A stretch of DNA of 64,000 nt, taken from contig JAQFVV010000005.1 in assembly GCA_028023455.1 (NCBI GenBank), positions 6,820,001 through 6,884,000 of the forward strand, written 5' to 3'. Below the pieces are notes generated by a model. The model was given only the letters and a program-made list of their open reading frames with translations, was not told where the DNA came from and did no database searches. The DNA is from Epiperipatus broadwayi (lineage: Eukaryota > Animalia > Onychophora). Positions 51,720-64,000 of this stretch are shown here, one piece after another. The first letter of the stretch is position 1. Each line of letters opens with the position of its first letter. A program made the position numbers and the translations under genes.

Positions 51720-52135
51720 CCAAACATAGGAAGACTTTTTAGGCAATCTTTTAGCCATTTTATAGTTTTTAAATCAAAGAATAGCAAATGAAAATTATTT
51801 ATGAATTCTTGCAAACACATTTATTTTTAAATATTTAATGTATAGCATTCTCTTGGATACTTTTGAATTGTAACCATTATATGGAAACATAATTTATAAT
51901 GAAGCCATAGTAGCACTATTATCCAATTCAATATTTTTAATATCAATAAATTCAAAAGATGATTGAGTCATATATTTATCAAAATGATGGAGCCATATAT
52001 TTATCAAAATCCAGCATATCTTGAAGCAGTTTACCAATATATTTTGCAGTTAAATAAATATATGCCTCAAAAATCTATTATTAATCTGAGAAGATTTTCA
52101 TCCTAGTGAAGATTAATATCAAATATACGTGGACA
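51720..52135 (-). pseudogene. Penelope-like reverse transcriptase relic
   Basis: Manual translation CPRIFDINLH*DENLLRLIIDF*GIYYLTAKYIGKLL ... SSFEFIDIKNIELDNSATMASL ... WLKDCLKS resembles PLE RT motifs PRIYGLPKIHK..PLRPII, Y.LAKYL..LL and NS.EFI..L. Confidence 0.55.
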
Positions 52136-55026
52136 TACAAAGAGAAGGATATATGAGCTGTTTATTTTGAAAGTGATTTAAGTCCCTTTTTCAAAAAATC
52201 AAGTTGGCTGTTATAGTATTTACAATTTTATCTTTTTATTTTTAAACAATTTGCTACTAATATATTCTAAATCACTTAAATTTTGTAAACAGAAAATTAG
52301 CTAGTTAATAAAATGATAAAAAAAAATTATTTTGAAAGTGGCTTAAATCCATTTTGAAAAGTTTCAAATTGATATGCAATGTATTATGTAAAATTTTATT
52401 AGATAAGAGTTCTACTTTATGTCTTCATTATTATTAAAATAACAATGTTCGATTAGCTCATATAATGATTTTTTAAATAATAGTAATTCCATGAAATATA
52501 TAATTTTAATATATTAACACAAATAATAAAATAAGAAGGATTTTTAATGTCCTTAAAAGATATTAATGGTAACCAGAGTGAGTGCATATACATATATTGT
52601 AACTGTCAGAATTCTGCAACCCACATGAAAATCACCTGAGGACAATTTACATGTGCATTCCATGTTCTGACATCACGGATTAATGATTTTTTTTTTTTGC
52701 AGCCCACTATGGTCAGGGAGAAACAAGAAACTATTTTACTTCAGTTATTGATTGTAAATAATGATGACAAACTGCCAAAAATAATGAGACATATACAATT
52801 TATTTATGTATATACAAAAAAACACATTGGCAGCACTTTAGTTAATTGATTTATAAATTAATTCATGGTAAAGAAACCTTTTTAAATCTTATTAGTATTA
52901 TTTTAATTTATATTACACCCAGATATAGCATACAGTATGTTAAATGACTTTAAACAATTAATATTTGATAATTTCTAATTTAGGATATTATTATCATTAG
53001 TTGTTTTTGAATGGATCCCAATCTACTGTATAGATTTCCAATCGCTCAAACCCCTCATTATCGCTATTCTAAGACTAAACAACTCTGCCAAATGAGATTA
53101 ATATGATATAAACTAAGAATGATTTAACTGACTGCTGTAATCAACTTCAGGTTATTATATTAGTAGAAAATTAAATAATAAAATAATTGTAAAATACATC
53201 TGTACTACAATAGTTTCTGATCAAGAACCAATACATGTATAAATTATACTCATGGTAGGAATTCCACTGCGTACTATCACTATAAGACATATGAAATAAA
53301 GCAGATAATATACAATAGGAACTTTTCATCTATCGCACATCAATGCACTAAATGAATAATGAAAGTAAATTCACAAATGATTTTACAATCATTTAATATT
53401 AATGCATTATATAAAAATGAGTTTCAGATGTAACAAACATAACTTGAATTGATGGTTAACATCTGTCCGTTTCTATCATTTATATCACTGCAAAATCCAA
53501 AATAGTTTGTCAAACTGACCATCTATTTAATATAACCTTTATCTAGTATGTCTACTGCGTGGTTGACCTCCATAATTTATAAGTTTACTGCTTTAATATA
53601 TTAAAGTGGAAATAACAATTAATGTACAACTTTTAATAGCATGGTCAGAGATTATGAAAATATGCTTGAACTGAGTATTATAAAATTATTACTTTAAAAT
53701 TATTGCCGCTTAAATTATGGCTTGCTAAAGAAAATGCAATAATTTCCATACATGCTCATAAACAGATTAGAACTAATAATTATTCATTAACATTTTTTTA
53801 CTAGAATGAAGATTAATGAGAAATTTGTTTAAAGTTCATACCTCTTATTCAGCTTAATTTAGTTCAGTCCTTTGGCTACTTAGATATCTATTTAATTTTG
53901 TTTTGGCAGCTGGTTCTTCCTGAAGCATTGGACATCAGATTTGTTCATATAGGTTAATGCATAATGGACATGTTCAGATAGTTTAATATGTAGACTGCTT
54001 TTACGGAATTCTGCAATGGGTTTTTTTAGCTTGTCCTGCCAGTTTTACAGAGTGAAGCAAATAATGGCTTCTCTACTCTTGCATCATAGATCTGGAAAAG
54101 CAACAGAATAATAATCATCTTAGTATAGCAGACGAATAATGGAAGCAGAATCACAACTGAAAAATAATCGCAGAATTATCTTCTGAATAAATTGTCAGCA
54201 CTATTGATATTCACTGAAGTTAGCTTATCAGTAAAATTCGGATCCATTGCTTGTCTTTTGAATCATTTGATCTATTGGCTATAAATAACTCCAAAGAATC
54301 TGCTGTGGTCCGCTGTTTATTTGCCCAATATTATATTTGCAAGTTCTTATCTTTGAGCAGGAATAACTGCCTTTTTAATTAAATCATGTCAATTATTTAT
54401 CTCCTTATTTTAATCTATCGATCTGTTTACACGTATTTTAATTACTTTTTTCTAGAATGTTATTCCTACTTTTAATTATTGTTAAAAGAAAACACTTTTT
54501 GCTTTTAACCTATTTTTAAGGTAAATATAGAATTAATTAGCTTTTTTTAGAAAATATTTTATTTAAACTGATTTAACAAAATAACTATAATTACCATACG
54601 ATATATATTTATCTGTGCATATAACATATAATTTTTTTTATTAAAAATTTAAAATTTTTTCATGAAATAACATTACTGACATTAAGTATATATGTGTGTG
54701 TGTGCAGAAAGGAGTTTGCTGTTAACTGAAAGGAGACCCTTTAATTCCTCTTGGAGTCCTTAAAGGAACTGAGCAGGGCAAATTCCTAATGTCAATTCCA
54801 TATGTTCTTGTTGTTGCAGCTGTTATTACTATGTGATTATTCATATAGTATAGGAACATGGATGGGCTGCTCACCAGCATGCATTAGCCAGCATAGTGAG
54901 TTTATTGGCTTTTTACCTCTGAGTTTAAGATCAAGAAACACCATGGTCTTTCTTCTCAGTTGCCTGATAAGGCAGAATGAATGTTTGTGTAAATGATAAA
55001 TATTTTTCCAATAGATATATACAATT

Positions 55027-57960
55027 ATGACAGACAAAATAAATCATGGCCCTCATTCCCATGAGGCTGTAAAGTCACCAACCAAGGCAGCAGTTGGTGG
55101 CCGAAGGTGGAGGGTACTAAGAATCCCCTGATTGCAGACCCAGGCTGCCATTTGATGACAACTTTTTATTTAGGTACTTATAATTGCAGATCACTTTCAA
55201 GTGAAGGAAGATTTCAAGAATTAGAAGAACTGTCTTATATTAAATGGGACATTATTGGACTTTGTGAAGTTAGAAGAAAAGGTGAAGAGACAATTGATTT
55301 AAAAAGTGGACAAGTACTCTATTATAAAGGCCCAAACATTGGAAATACAAGTGGAGTAGGATTCATTATAAATAAAAAGTGGAAGAACAACATTGGGGAG
55401 ATTAATGGTGTATTGGATAGAGGGGCAAGATTAGTTATACGACTTAATAGCAGATACCAAATGCAGATAATTCAGGTTTATGCCCCAACAAGTTCTCATA
55501 GTGATGAAGTAATAGAAGATTTTTATATGGATGTACAAAAGGCTTTTGATCAGAGTAAACATTTTAAAATTGTTATGGGAGACTTTAATGCTAGAATTGG
55601 TAAACAAATGAAAGTGCTGTAGGTAATTTTGGTTATGGTAATAGAAATGAGAGAGGACATAGACTTGTGGAATTTGCAGAAAAAGAAAAACTATATTATG
55701 AATTCTTTTTTTGAGAAAAATGTCAAAAGGAAATGGACATGGAAGCATCCAAATGAAGGTACTGCAGAATTGGATTATATTTTGACTAACAGAAAATACA
55801 TATTTCAACATTGTAATGTTCTTAATAATTTTAACACAGGAAGTGATCATCAATTAGTAACATGTAAGATACATGTTAATGCAAAACTAGAGAGACAAAA
55901 ATTATTAAGAAAAACAATATTTACAATTGATATTCCTAATCTTCAGAAACATTCTAATGAATTTAAATTAGAATTTACAAATCGGTTTCAAGTATTAGTA
56001 GATTTTGAACATGATTCCGATTTGAATGAAATTAATATGAAAATAACTGATACACTTTTAAAAACTGCAACAAAGATAGCTGGTAGAAAAAAGCAGCAAT
56101 TGACCCAATAAAATTTCTACTGAGACTAGAGAATTTATGAAGAAAAGAAGGAATATGAAGATATACAAAAATGATGCATTAAAAAGGATTGAATATCTCG
56201 AATTTTGTAAAATGGTGCGGACAAGAGTTGAAAATGATATAAGAAAGTATAACTGAACTAGCAAGGAAAGCTGTAGAAAAGAAGAAAAGTCTCAAGAGTA
56301 TAAAACAACATTTTGGTATTGGTAGGAAAAGAATGTAAAACAACATTTTGGTATTGGTAGGAAATTTATATCTGCAATAAGAAAAAAAGATGGAATTATT
56401 ACTAAAAAGAGATATGACATCATGAAATGGGTAGAAGACTTATCAAGAATTATATAGTAATAAAGAACAAGTATCTCCTATATCATATCTTTTGAATTGT
56501 CCAAAATTTTAAATGAAAAAGTGAGACATGCAATTAAATGTATGAAGAAAGAAAAGGCTCCAGGTAATGATGGAATTATAATTGATATATTAAAAGAAGT
56601 AGGTGAAGAAATATAATTTTTTTTAGCAAAGTTATATACCAAATATCTAAATGATAAAGATGTACCAGATGATTGAAAGAATGCAGTATTAATATTTTAA
56701 AAAGAAGATATTAGAAATTACAAACCTATCAGCCTTTTATCAGTTGTATACAAAATTTTTACCAAGATAATTACAACTCGTCTACAGAGAATATTGGATT
56801 TCCACCAACCAAGAGAACAAGTTGGATTTAAAAGTGGTTTTAGTACAGGAAATTATATCCAGGTATTGAGAGAAGTTATAGAAAGGACAAATGAATATGA
56901 GTTGTCATTATGTTTTGGATTTGTAGATTATGAAAAGGCATTTGATTCTATAAACATTTCTTCAGTGATTAAAGCATTGGATCATCAAGGTATCGATCCA
57001 GGATATTGTCATATTTTAAAGAATATTTATAAAAATGCAATAGCAACAATTAGATTACATGAGGATACTGGGAAAGTCAACATTGAGAAGGGTGTAAGAC
57101 AGGGTGACTTCATATCTCCAAAATTTTTTACAGCAGTGCTGCGAGAAGTATTTTGTGGATTAAAATGGGAAGCTAAAGGAATGAAAGTAAATGGAGATTA
57201 CTTAAGTCATTTATATTTTGCAGATGATGTAGTTGTTTTTGCAAATAATGCTTTAGAACTGCAGGAAATGTTGCAGGAGTTATCAGATGAAAGTAGGACT
57301 AAAGATAAATGTTAAAAAGCCTAAAGTAATGTTTAATGGATTTTCTCAAAATATGAAAATAAAAAATTGATTGTGATGAGTTAGAAAAAGTTAACAGTTA
57401 CAAATACCTTGGTCAGATTATTAATACAGATGGAAACATAATGGTTGAAATTAATCATAGAATTAAACTTTGTTGGATTGCTTTATTGGTAGAAATGACT
57501 TGATACCAAAAGGAAATATGCCTATGTGTTTGAAAAGGAAGGTTTTTAATGTGTTTTACCAGTTCTTACTTATGGATCTAAGACTTGGACACTTAATAGA
57601 AGAGCAATACAGAGACTTCAGACCATTCAAAGAAGTATGAAGAGATGCACGTTGGGAGTAACAAGAAGAGATAAGAAACAATATATGGGTAAAAGAACAA
57701 ACAGGTATTACTGACCTCATTGAAAAAATTAAAGGACTGAAGTGGAGTTGGGCTGGACATATTGTTAGAAGAGATGATAATAGATGGACAATTGAAATTT
57801 TAAATGATTTCAAGAGATTGTAAGAGACCACATGTGAGATGGTTGGATGAAATAAGAAAGTGTGCAGGGGTGATGTGGAGAAGAGAAGCTAAAGATCAGA
57901 GAACATGGATTGAACTTGGAGAGACCTTCATTCTGTAGTGGATTGATAATGGTTGATGAT
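55027..57960 (+). mobile_element. RTE-clade LINE (APE + RT), near full length, frameshifted
   Basis: APE GTYNCRSL, WDIIGLCEVRR, IIQVYAPT, MGDFNARIG, LDYIL, GSDH; RT YKPISLLSVVY, EQVGFKSG, VDYEKAFDS, GVRQGD.ISPK.F, FADD; RTE-type 3' end (tgatgat). The 5' UTR may extend to ~54700. Confidence 0.93.
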
Positions 57961-58399
57961 TATATATATATAGCTTCAATATATATGTATTTATTTAATG
58001 GTAACTTAAAAATGGGAAATCTCATGATAGTACCAAATACACATAACAGATTACTATATTTTCATCCAGTCTGCATTTAAAAATACTTTGAGGAACATTA
58101 TTGTTTCATGGGTTAAAATCTTTTGATTGTTTTTTTAAATTTGGTTTGCTTAATTTTAACTCTGTTTTTAATATAAATTTCAGCATATTCAAAAATGTTT
58201 ACCTTCAAGTTACCTCAGACAGTGATGTATGTAAGTAAAAAAATTGACTTATACATGTTGAAAATAATTCACATAATTAAAAATTGTAACTGAGTTTAGA
58301 TTATTTTTATTCATAGAAATTGTACCCATAAGATTTTATCAGAAAGAGCAGATGATTTAAGTAATAATTCTAATTTTAGAAATATTGGAAAGAGAAAAA

Positions 58400-59134
58400 G
58401 AATTGTAGAAACATGTTCCTCAATAGATGATGAAGATAATATCTTAGTCGATGTTAGCTCTTATTCCACAAAAAAAAAGTGAAGAAAAATGAGTGATATA
58501 CCCAATTCTGGAAACCAAACATGATGCAGAAAAAATATATACTTAAACTGGTAAAATTATATATGCAATTTTTTTTCAAAAACAAAAATGGCCATTGTTC
58601 AAAGGCTTGTATACAATTTTTTAATGCAAAAAGAAGGGAAAATATTTTCCACAGATTTTAGAATTTGGATGATTTTAATAAGCAAAGTATATTGTTTTAT
58701 GAAACTATCAAGCACCTAAATGTCAAAGGAAAACATTTTAAGAAACTAAAGGATTTCTGAGAAATTATTTTATAAGTATTTCATAAATACTACTCGTGAG
58801 AAATTTTCCATTTGTAAAAAATTCTTGAATATCTTTAATATAACCAAAAGAGATGATTAAAACGTTTTAAATCTGAAAATACAGGAAATGCTTTATGTGA
58901 GTATATGAGTGAATCACCATAAAATTTTCTGAAAAAGAAAAAAAGCTGTTCAAAATCATTTGCAAAGTTTTTCTTGATTTGAATCTCATTATACTAGATC
59001 TTGTAATCCTAACAGAAAATATGACACCTTGATCTAAATGTAAAGAAGATATTTAATCCCTTATATATAAAGAAAATAATACAAGCTCTGTTAATGAATA
59101 GATTTATAAAAAAAAATTTCATGAACATTTTAAT
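58400..59134 (+). pseudogene. Sola-like (Sola1-type) transposase N-terminal relic
   Basis: Fragmentary translation gives HLQSF..ESHYTR..N..RKY..DLNVKK..YKKKFHEHFNL, as in the Sola1 ESHY.R...F..FNL region; broken by ribozyme locus 7. Confidence 0.5.
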
Positions 59135-59445
59135 TTAAAACAGGCAAAACTCTCCATACAGTAGTGCCACTCAGTGCAAGCCAGAATAATCAATGATGCC
59201 AGAAGGCTTGTCCATAAAATTCCTATCTAGTGCCTACTCATCCAATACCCCCAGACTAAGGTGGCTGCTGGAGGGTTGCATTATATCCTTAGATCTAGGT
59301 GTAGTGCTCTCAGATCCAAAGCTCATTGATAAAAACCACAAGCTAGAAACTAGTCTGAGGATATCGAAAAAGTAAGGGGATTTTATGCACAAACCTTCCT
59401 GCCTCCATTGATTACTAAGGCTTGCTACTGGATGAAGAGTTTCCT
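59135..59445 (+). mobile_element. Hammerhead-ribozyme short retroelement, locus 7 (inverted arm 59135-59258, decayed sense arm 59260-59445)
   Basis: aaaacaggcaaaactctcc...cccccagacta, then gtggctgctggagggttgc...gaaactagtctgagg; CUGAUGA decayed to ttgataa. Confidence 0.82.
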
Positions 59446-59454
59446 ATTATTATA

Positions 59455-59570
59455 TTACATCTTCTGAAATACCCAACATTTTAAATGAAAAATTGAGATA
59501 TAGAATAAAATCTATGAAGAAAGGAAAAGCTTCAGATAATGGTATTATAACACATCTTGAAACAAGGGTT
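59455..59570 (+). mobile_element. Short RTE fragment
   Basis: PNILNEKLRYRIKSMKKGKASDNGI parallels 56500-56580 of the RTE (ccaaaattttaaatgaaaaagtgagacatgcaattaaatgtatgaagaaag). Confidence 0.6.
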
Positions 59571-59921
59571 AGCAAAGTATAACCTGCTGACAGCTTTCTG
59601 CAACACCCTGTTCATAATTAAAACAACTTGTTATAATGAAATAGTAAATTTATTTTTCAATCTTGTTATAATCAATAAATGAAACAAAAAGATGTACTTA
59701 TATGTTGGATTGATTCCATCACATATCATTATATACTGATAATTTTATTTGCACATAAATGAATTTTACTGTTGATCAAATATGTTATGTTTATGAATAT
59801 AAAGACTTTGTGGAACAATCACATCCATATACACTTGCAAATCATTTATCCTTTTGCACATCAATGCTATTCTGATAAAAGATCCTCTTTCATCTGACCT
59901 TTGGCAGTATATACTGTAAGG

Positions 59922-60223
59922 CAGGGGTCCCCAACCTATGCCTGCAGGCACCATGGTGCCCGCAGACCAATTTACGCATGCCCGCCGCTATCTGAACACG
60001 ATAAAAAATTATTTATCTGATACAAATAAATTTATTTTTTAAGATTTCTTATATATTATTGTATTGTAATCAAATTGTAGGTCATACTATACTTTTACAG
60101 CATAAAAGGGTCTATCAATAACAATATCCAATTATAAATTTACATTGAAAAAATAAATGGTGCCCGCCACCTGGCCGGTATTATAGAATGTGCTTGTAAG
60201 TGCAAAAAGGTTGGGAACCGCTG
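59922..60223. mobile_element. Non-autonomous hAT element (MITE), 302 bp
   Basis: TIRs caggggtccccaacct / aggttgggaaccgctg; perfect 8-bp TSD ctgtaagg (59914-59921, 60224-60231). Confidence 0.95.
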
Positions 60224-61049
60224 CTGTAAGGAAATCAAGCATTGATACCTGAAAAAGCTGAAACTATTTAGCAGTGATCTTAGTTTGTAAATCAATTAAG
60301 CCAGTTACCATTTCAAATATTAATTTAAATTGAATACTAATAATTTTTATCACTCCTAAATAATTCTACTGCTAATCAAATACTAAATGTTCACGAATAT
60401 AAATACTTCCCTGAATTATATCAGCTGAAAGAGTATATCTCTTTTTATCAGACAAAATGGATTGGCATTGATTTATGAAAGAATAAACATATTTGCAAGT
60501 TTATTTGAAAATAGATCATTAGAATCTGCTTGCCATTTGTCATAGTAACAAACTTGAATGTGATTGTTCCCTCAAGTATTTAATAAATCATTGATATTTT
60601 TAGAAAAGAATTTAATTTTCTTCAAATTTTCCAATTACTAGCACACAGTATATACACAACATTTAAAGGGGTATTCTCTTTTTCAGGTGTATCTGGCCTT
60701 AACAGGGGCAGTGCTAGCATGAGAATCAAAACTGGTTCTTTAGATTCTTGAATTTTAAGATAATGTCCCAAGGAACTAAGCTAGTCTGCCAGGTCCAGGT
60801 TTGATTCCCAGCTAGTATTCACTGGTCATCCTGCAACACCCCAAGAAGAGAGAATAATATCTCTTGAAACTTTGTATATATACTAACCTCTTGTTATTAA
60901 GAGTTGAAAGCAATTGGAAAATTATAATAAAGCTTAAAATTTCTTTTAAAAACATTCATGATTTAATGACAGGTTATGGAGATAGTCAATATATAAGTAT
61001 AACTGATATGCATTATCACAAGTCTGCAAGCAAACACTAAGCAAAAAGT

Positions 61050-61285
61050 TAATTACTTGATTCTTTTCAATTGTCGTTTAAATTTATTTCTATTTATGAA
61101 AATTGCCTCCTTTAATTTTTTTTTATTAAGGTTTTTTGTTTCACAAAGAATTTTAACATTTTCAAGATCAAAATTAAATTTATATTTACATGCTCTTTCT
61201 TGATCCAAGAATACTGAAGCTGTCATTAAATCATTATTTTTACTTTTTACATGCACTGCAATTCACTTTTAAATGATAACATGCA
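61050..61285 (-). pseudogene. Penelope-like GIY-YIG endonuclease C-terminal relic
   Basis: YHLKVNCSACKK then FNFDLENVKILCETKNLNKKKLKEAIFI match the PLE endonuclease pattern Y.I.C..C ... FD..NVKIL..E.N..KR...EA..I. Confidence 0.65.
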
Positions 61286-64000
61286 TCCACAAAAAATTTG
61301 ATAATCAACATTATTTTTTTGCTTAACATAAATGACACTTAGAATTATTCACTAACTTATTAACACTATTGGGAACACAAAATGAAATACTAAATCCATT
61401 CTTATTGTAACATTACAGTATCACTGTAAATTGGCTATTATAATTTAAAACTAAAAATTTTACTGGCTTTAATTTTTATAGTTAAGCAAATATATTCATC
61501 ACTAGCATTGGTTGCATAGCATAGAATATAATCAGTATCATGTTTAAATAGTTTCTCATTCTAATGTTTTAGAGAATTATATAATTTTATAAAGCATTTT
61601 GAATGGTTTTCCAACCAGATTTTTTTTTGATAGACTTCTGTATTTGTATAAAGAAAATATGTATGCTTATATTTTGTTATTCTTATTAAGGAGTGAAATT
61701 ATGAGTTGTATAAATCAAAAGAAGTGTTCATGCATAAAAAAAAATCAAAGATATAAATATAGAATAAGAATTATAAGTACAACATTGCAATACAAATATT
61801 TTATTTATGTGTAAAATATGTAAGCATACATGTTTAAAATTTTATTTAGCAAAGATTGATTTAGTTGCTAGAATATTTATTAAATAATAAATTTATTTAA
61901 AAGTCAATTTAAAATTAATATTAGTTTAAAACCTAGAAATAAAAAATGTAGAGATTTAAAAAGACTGAATTATTATTCTTTTTTTTTTTTTTTCATTTTT
62001 AAACAGTGTTTCTAAAATTTTACCATTTTGTTTAAAAATTTTTTAACATGTCTGGCAATAACTATGACAACATTCTGGAACAAATGAAGAAACCCCAATG
62101 CATGATGGATGATATTCTGTAATCCAGACATCATGTGATAACTGATATAAAAGATGAAATTTGGTAAATCCAGTTTCTACAAAATTCTTATTGAAGTTAG
62201 GACCTAAACAGGTTCAACTTTTTTAAATGCTCATTTTGTTTGCCATTTACAAGATGATCAGATAGATTAACAGCTAAGAAGTTGCCTTTGCTAGGCAAAT
62301 GACATCATTCTAGGAGAAAAGTGGACAACAAAACAGAAACCATTATTGATTAATTAATTAATTCTTTATTTCAAGAAATTCATTTATTATAGTCAACTGT
62401 TAGTGGATAAATGGACAAATTGATTTGTGGAATGCTAGCTCACTATTTCAACAATAAATCACTGGATTTCTTCAATCAAAAATAATGGTAAATAGCTGAT
62501 ATGTTTTAGAAACTTATATTTATTAATTACAAATAAATTGCTTATCCTTATTTTTCAAAAATATGGTTAAATAATCATTCTTTTACTTCAGGAAAGTTGC
62601 ATCTAAGTCTCAGTAGTATAAATTTATTCCGTCTTAAATTCCTCCATATAAACTTGTTGCTTAGGGAAACGAATTTTCATTTTAAAAAATGGAAATCACT
62701 TTGTTATGAAAAATAAACTATTTGCTTTATTAGATATATGATCAGAATTACTGTCATCATGGATTAAAGATTTATAAATGAATAGATTAATTTTATATCT
62801 CAAATTAAATAAGTAATAAACACTAATATTTTGCATAAAATTATAGTATCTATTGAAATGAATTAAATCGCTGCAGGGATAAACTGGAATAAAACTACAA
62901 ATGTGTATCCAGTGCTTAAGAAATTGCATTAAGGATTGATTATCAATGATAAGTATTTAAATAACATTCAAAGAATAATGGATTATGAAGCTAAATATTT
63001 AAATGCCACTTCTGAATTGTGGATTTTCAGAGCAAATATGAAATATAATAAACATCCAAATTATAAGCAATCTTAAAAATAGATTGTTAAATATAGATTA
63101 TCTTGGATTAACAAGAATGCTAAGTGAAATTTACTAATCTTTATACTGTTTCTAGAAAAGATAATATTACAAAAATGAAATTAATTGTGCAATAAACTAG
63201 ACAGATTATTTAATGCACTTTCTCATAATTGCTTCTTTTTTATTTATTAATATTATAGTTATTAATGTAATAAAGTTTTCTCAGATATTACTATGCACAG
63301 GTACAGGGAATATTTTTATTTAATATTATTGTTGAGATTGAATGGGGTTTACATTAGATTTAGATTGATAAATATAAATGACTACCAAATTTAGGTAGAA
63401 CTGCTATATTGCAAATATTATATGTTTATGAGTTCTTAAATTTCAACCTCAAAGTTAAGTGGAGTTAATCATCCTTATGAAGATGAGGAAATCTGAAAGG
63501 AATATTTCATGCATTACTCTTCCATGTTAGTATTAATTTTCCACTGTTATAGTATGTAACAAGGCAGCCTAATGATCTAGCTATACTTTGTTAGTAGAAT
63601 AGTACTTCTTGTTTAAACCTGCAATTGAATCCAGTAAAGGAGCTTGAGGCAAAATAAATATGCCCAATATGGTAAATATCATCTAGTTATGCTGAATAAT
63701 GATTTGTATTTGCTTTCTTAAAACAGTGAAAACTTCTCCAATATTATTAAGTAAGGTTGATTAATAATTAATTAGTTAGTGAAACAAACTAATTAAGAAC
63801 AACTATAAAACATTTATATTTTATGGTGATAATTATTATTCTCCAGTATTTAAATTGAGGGTTATTTTGAAATAATAAACTTATTCCTATTTAATATTAG
63901 TGACTCCATAACACTGTCTGATAACATACTGTTCATATCCCAAATTTAAATTAGATTTAGGAAACTAATAATAATATTTATTACATATTTTATATGATTT

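Noticed and set aside
54700-55150. Possible HDV-like ribozyme at the RTE 5' end (known in some RTE elements)
   Set aside because: I could not build a consistent P1/P1.1/P2/P3/P4 fold by hand; an RNAMotif or Infernal search would be needed.
56301-56364. 29-bp tandem duplication inside the RTE
   Set aside because: Ordinary post-insertion slippage mutation.
59124-59484. aacattttaa repeat as TSD of ribozyme locus 7
   Set aside because: The right copy lies 30 nt beyond the element and inside an RTE fragment; likely chance in AT-rich DNA.

Overview
Very AT-rich eukaryotic genomic DNA, probably arthropod or insect (inference from composition and TE families), dominated by transposable elements. 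No prokaryotic features or CRISPR array are visible. One host-like CDS is supported: a C2H2 zinc-finger ORF (46416-48137, +) with 14 tandem fingers plus one distal finger. Mobile elements are: a structurally complete but frameshifted Ty3/gypsy (Mag/K02A2.6-like) LTR element (3256-8453, -, 5-bp TSD); an old CpG-eroded gypsy relic (~12.4-18.8 kb); two decayed hAT transposons; a hAT MITE; two kinds of fold-back MITE; a near full-length RTE LINE with two related fragments; a Sola-like relic; and Penelope RT and GIY-YIG relics. A retroposed tRNA-Gly(UCC) copy with a 15-bp TSD sits inside one RTE relic. The most striking observation is a non-coding 150-490 bp element at seven loci (15692-16183, 17048-17226, 26435-26672, 27541-27744, 48612-48772, 48972-49125, 59135-59445). 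It folds by eye into a minimal type I hammerhead ribozyme (CUGAYGA / GGC-loop-GCC / GAAAC-UA-GUC) with a palindromic ACUAGU helix III and a family-wide non-canonical A.A at the base of stem II. It inserts with 9-14 bp TSDs, usually as a fold-back with one arm inverted, and two inverted arms stop at or within ~5 nt of the predicted cleavage site. This looks like a high-copy, Penelope-dependent, retrozyme-like element. All alignments and folds were done by eye; nothing was computed or searched.
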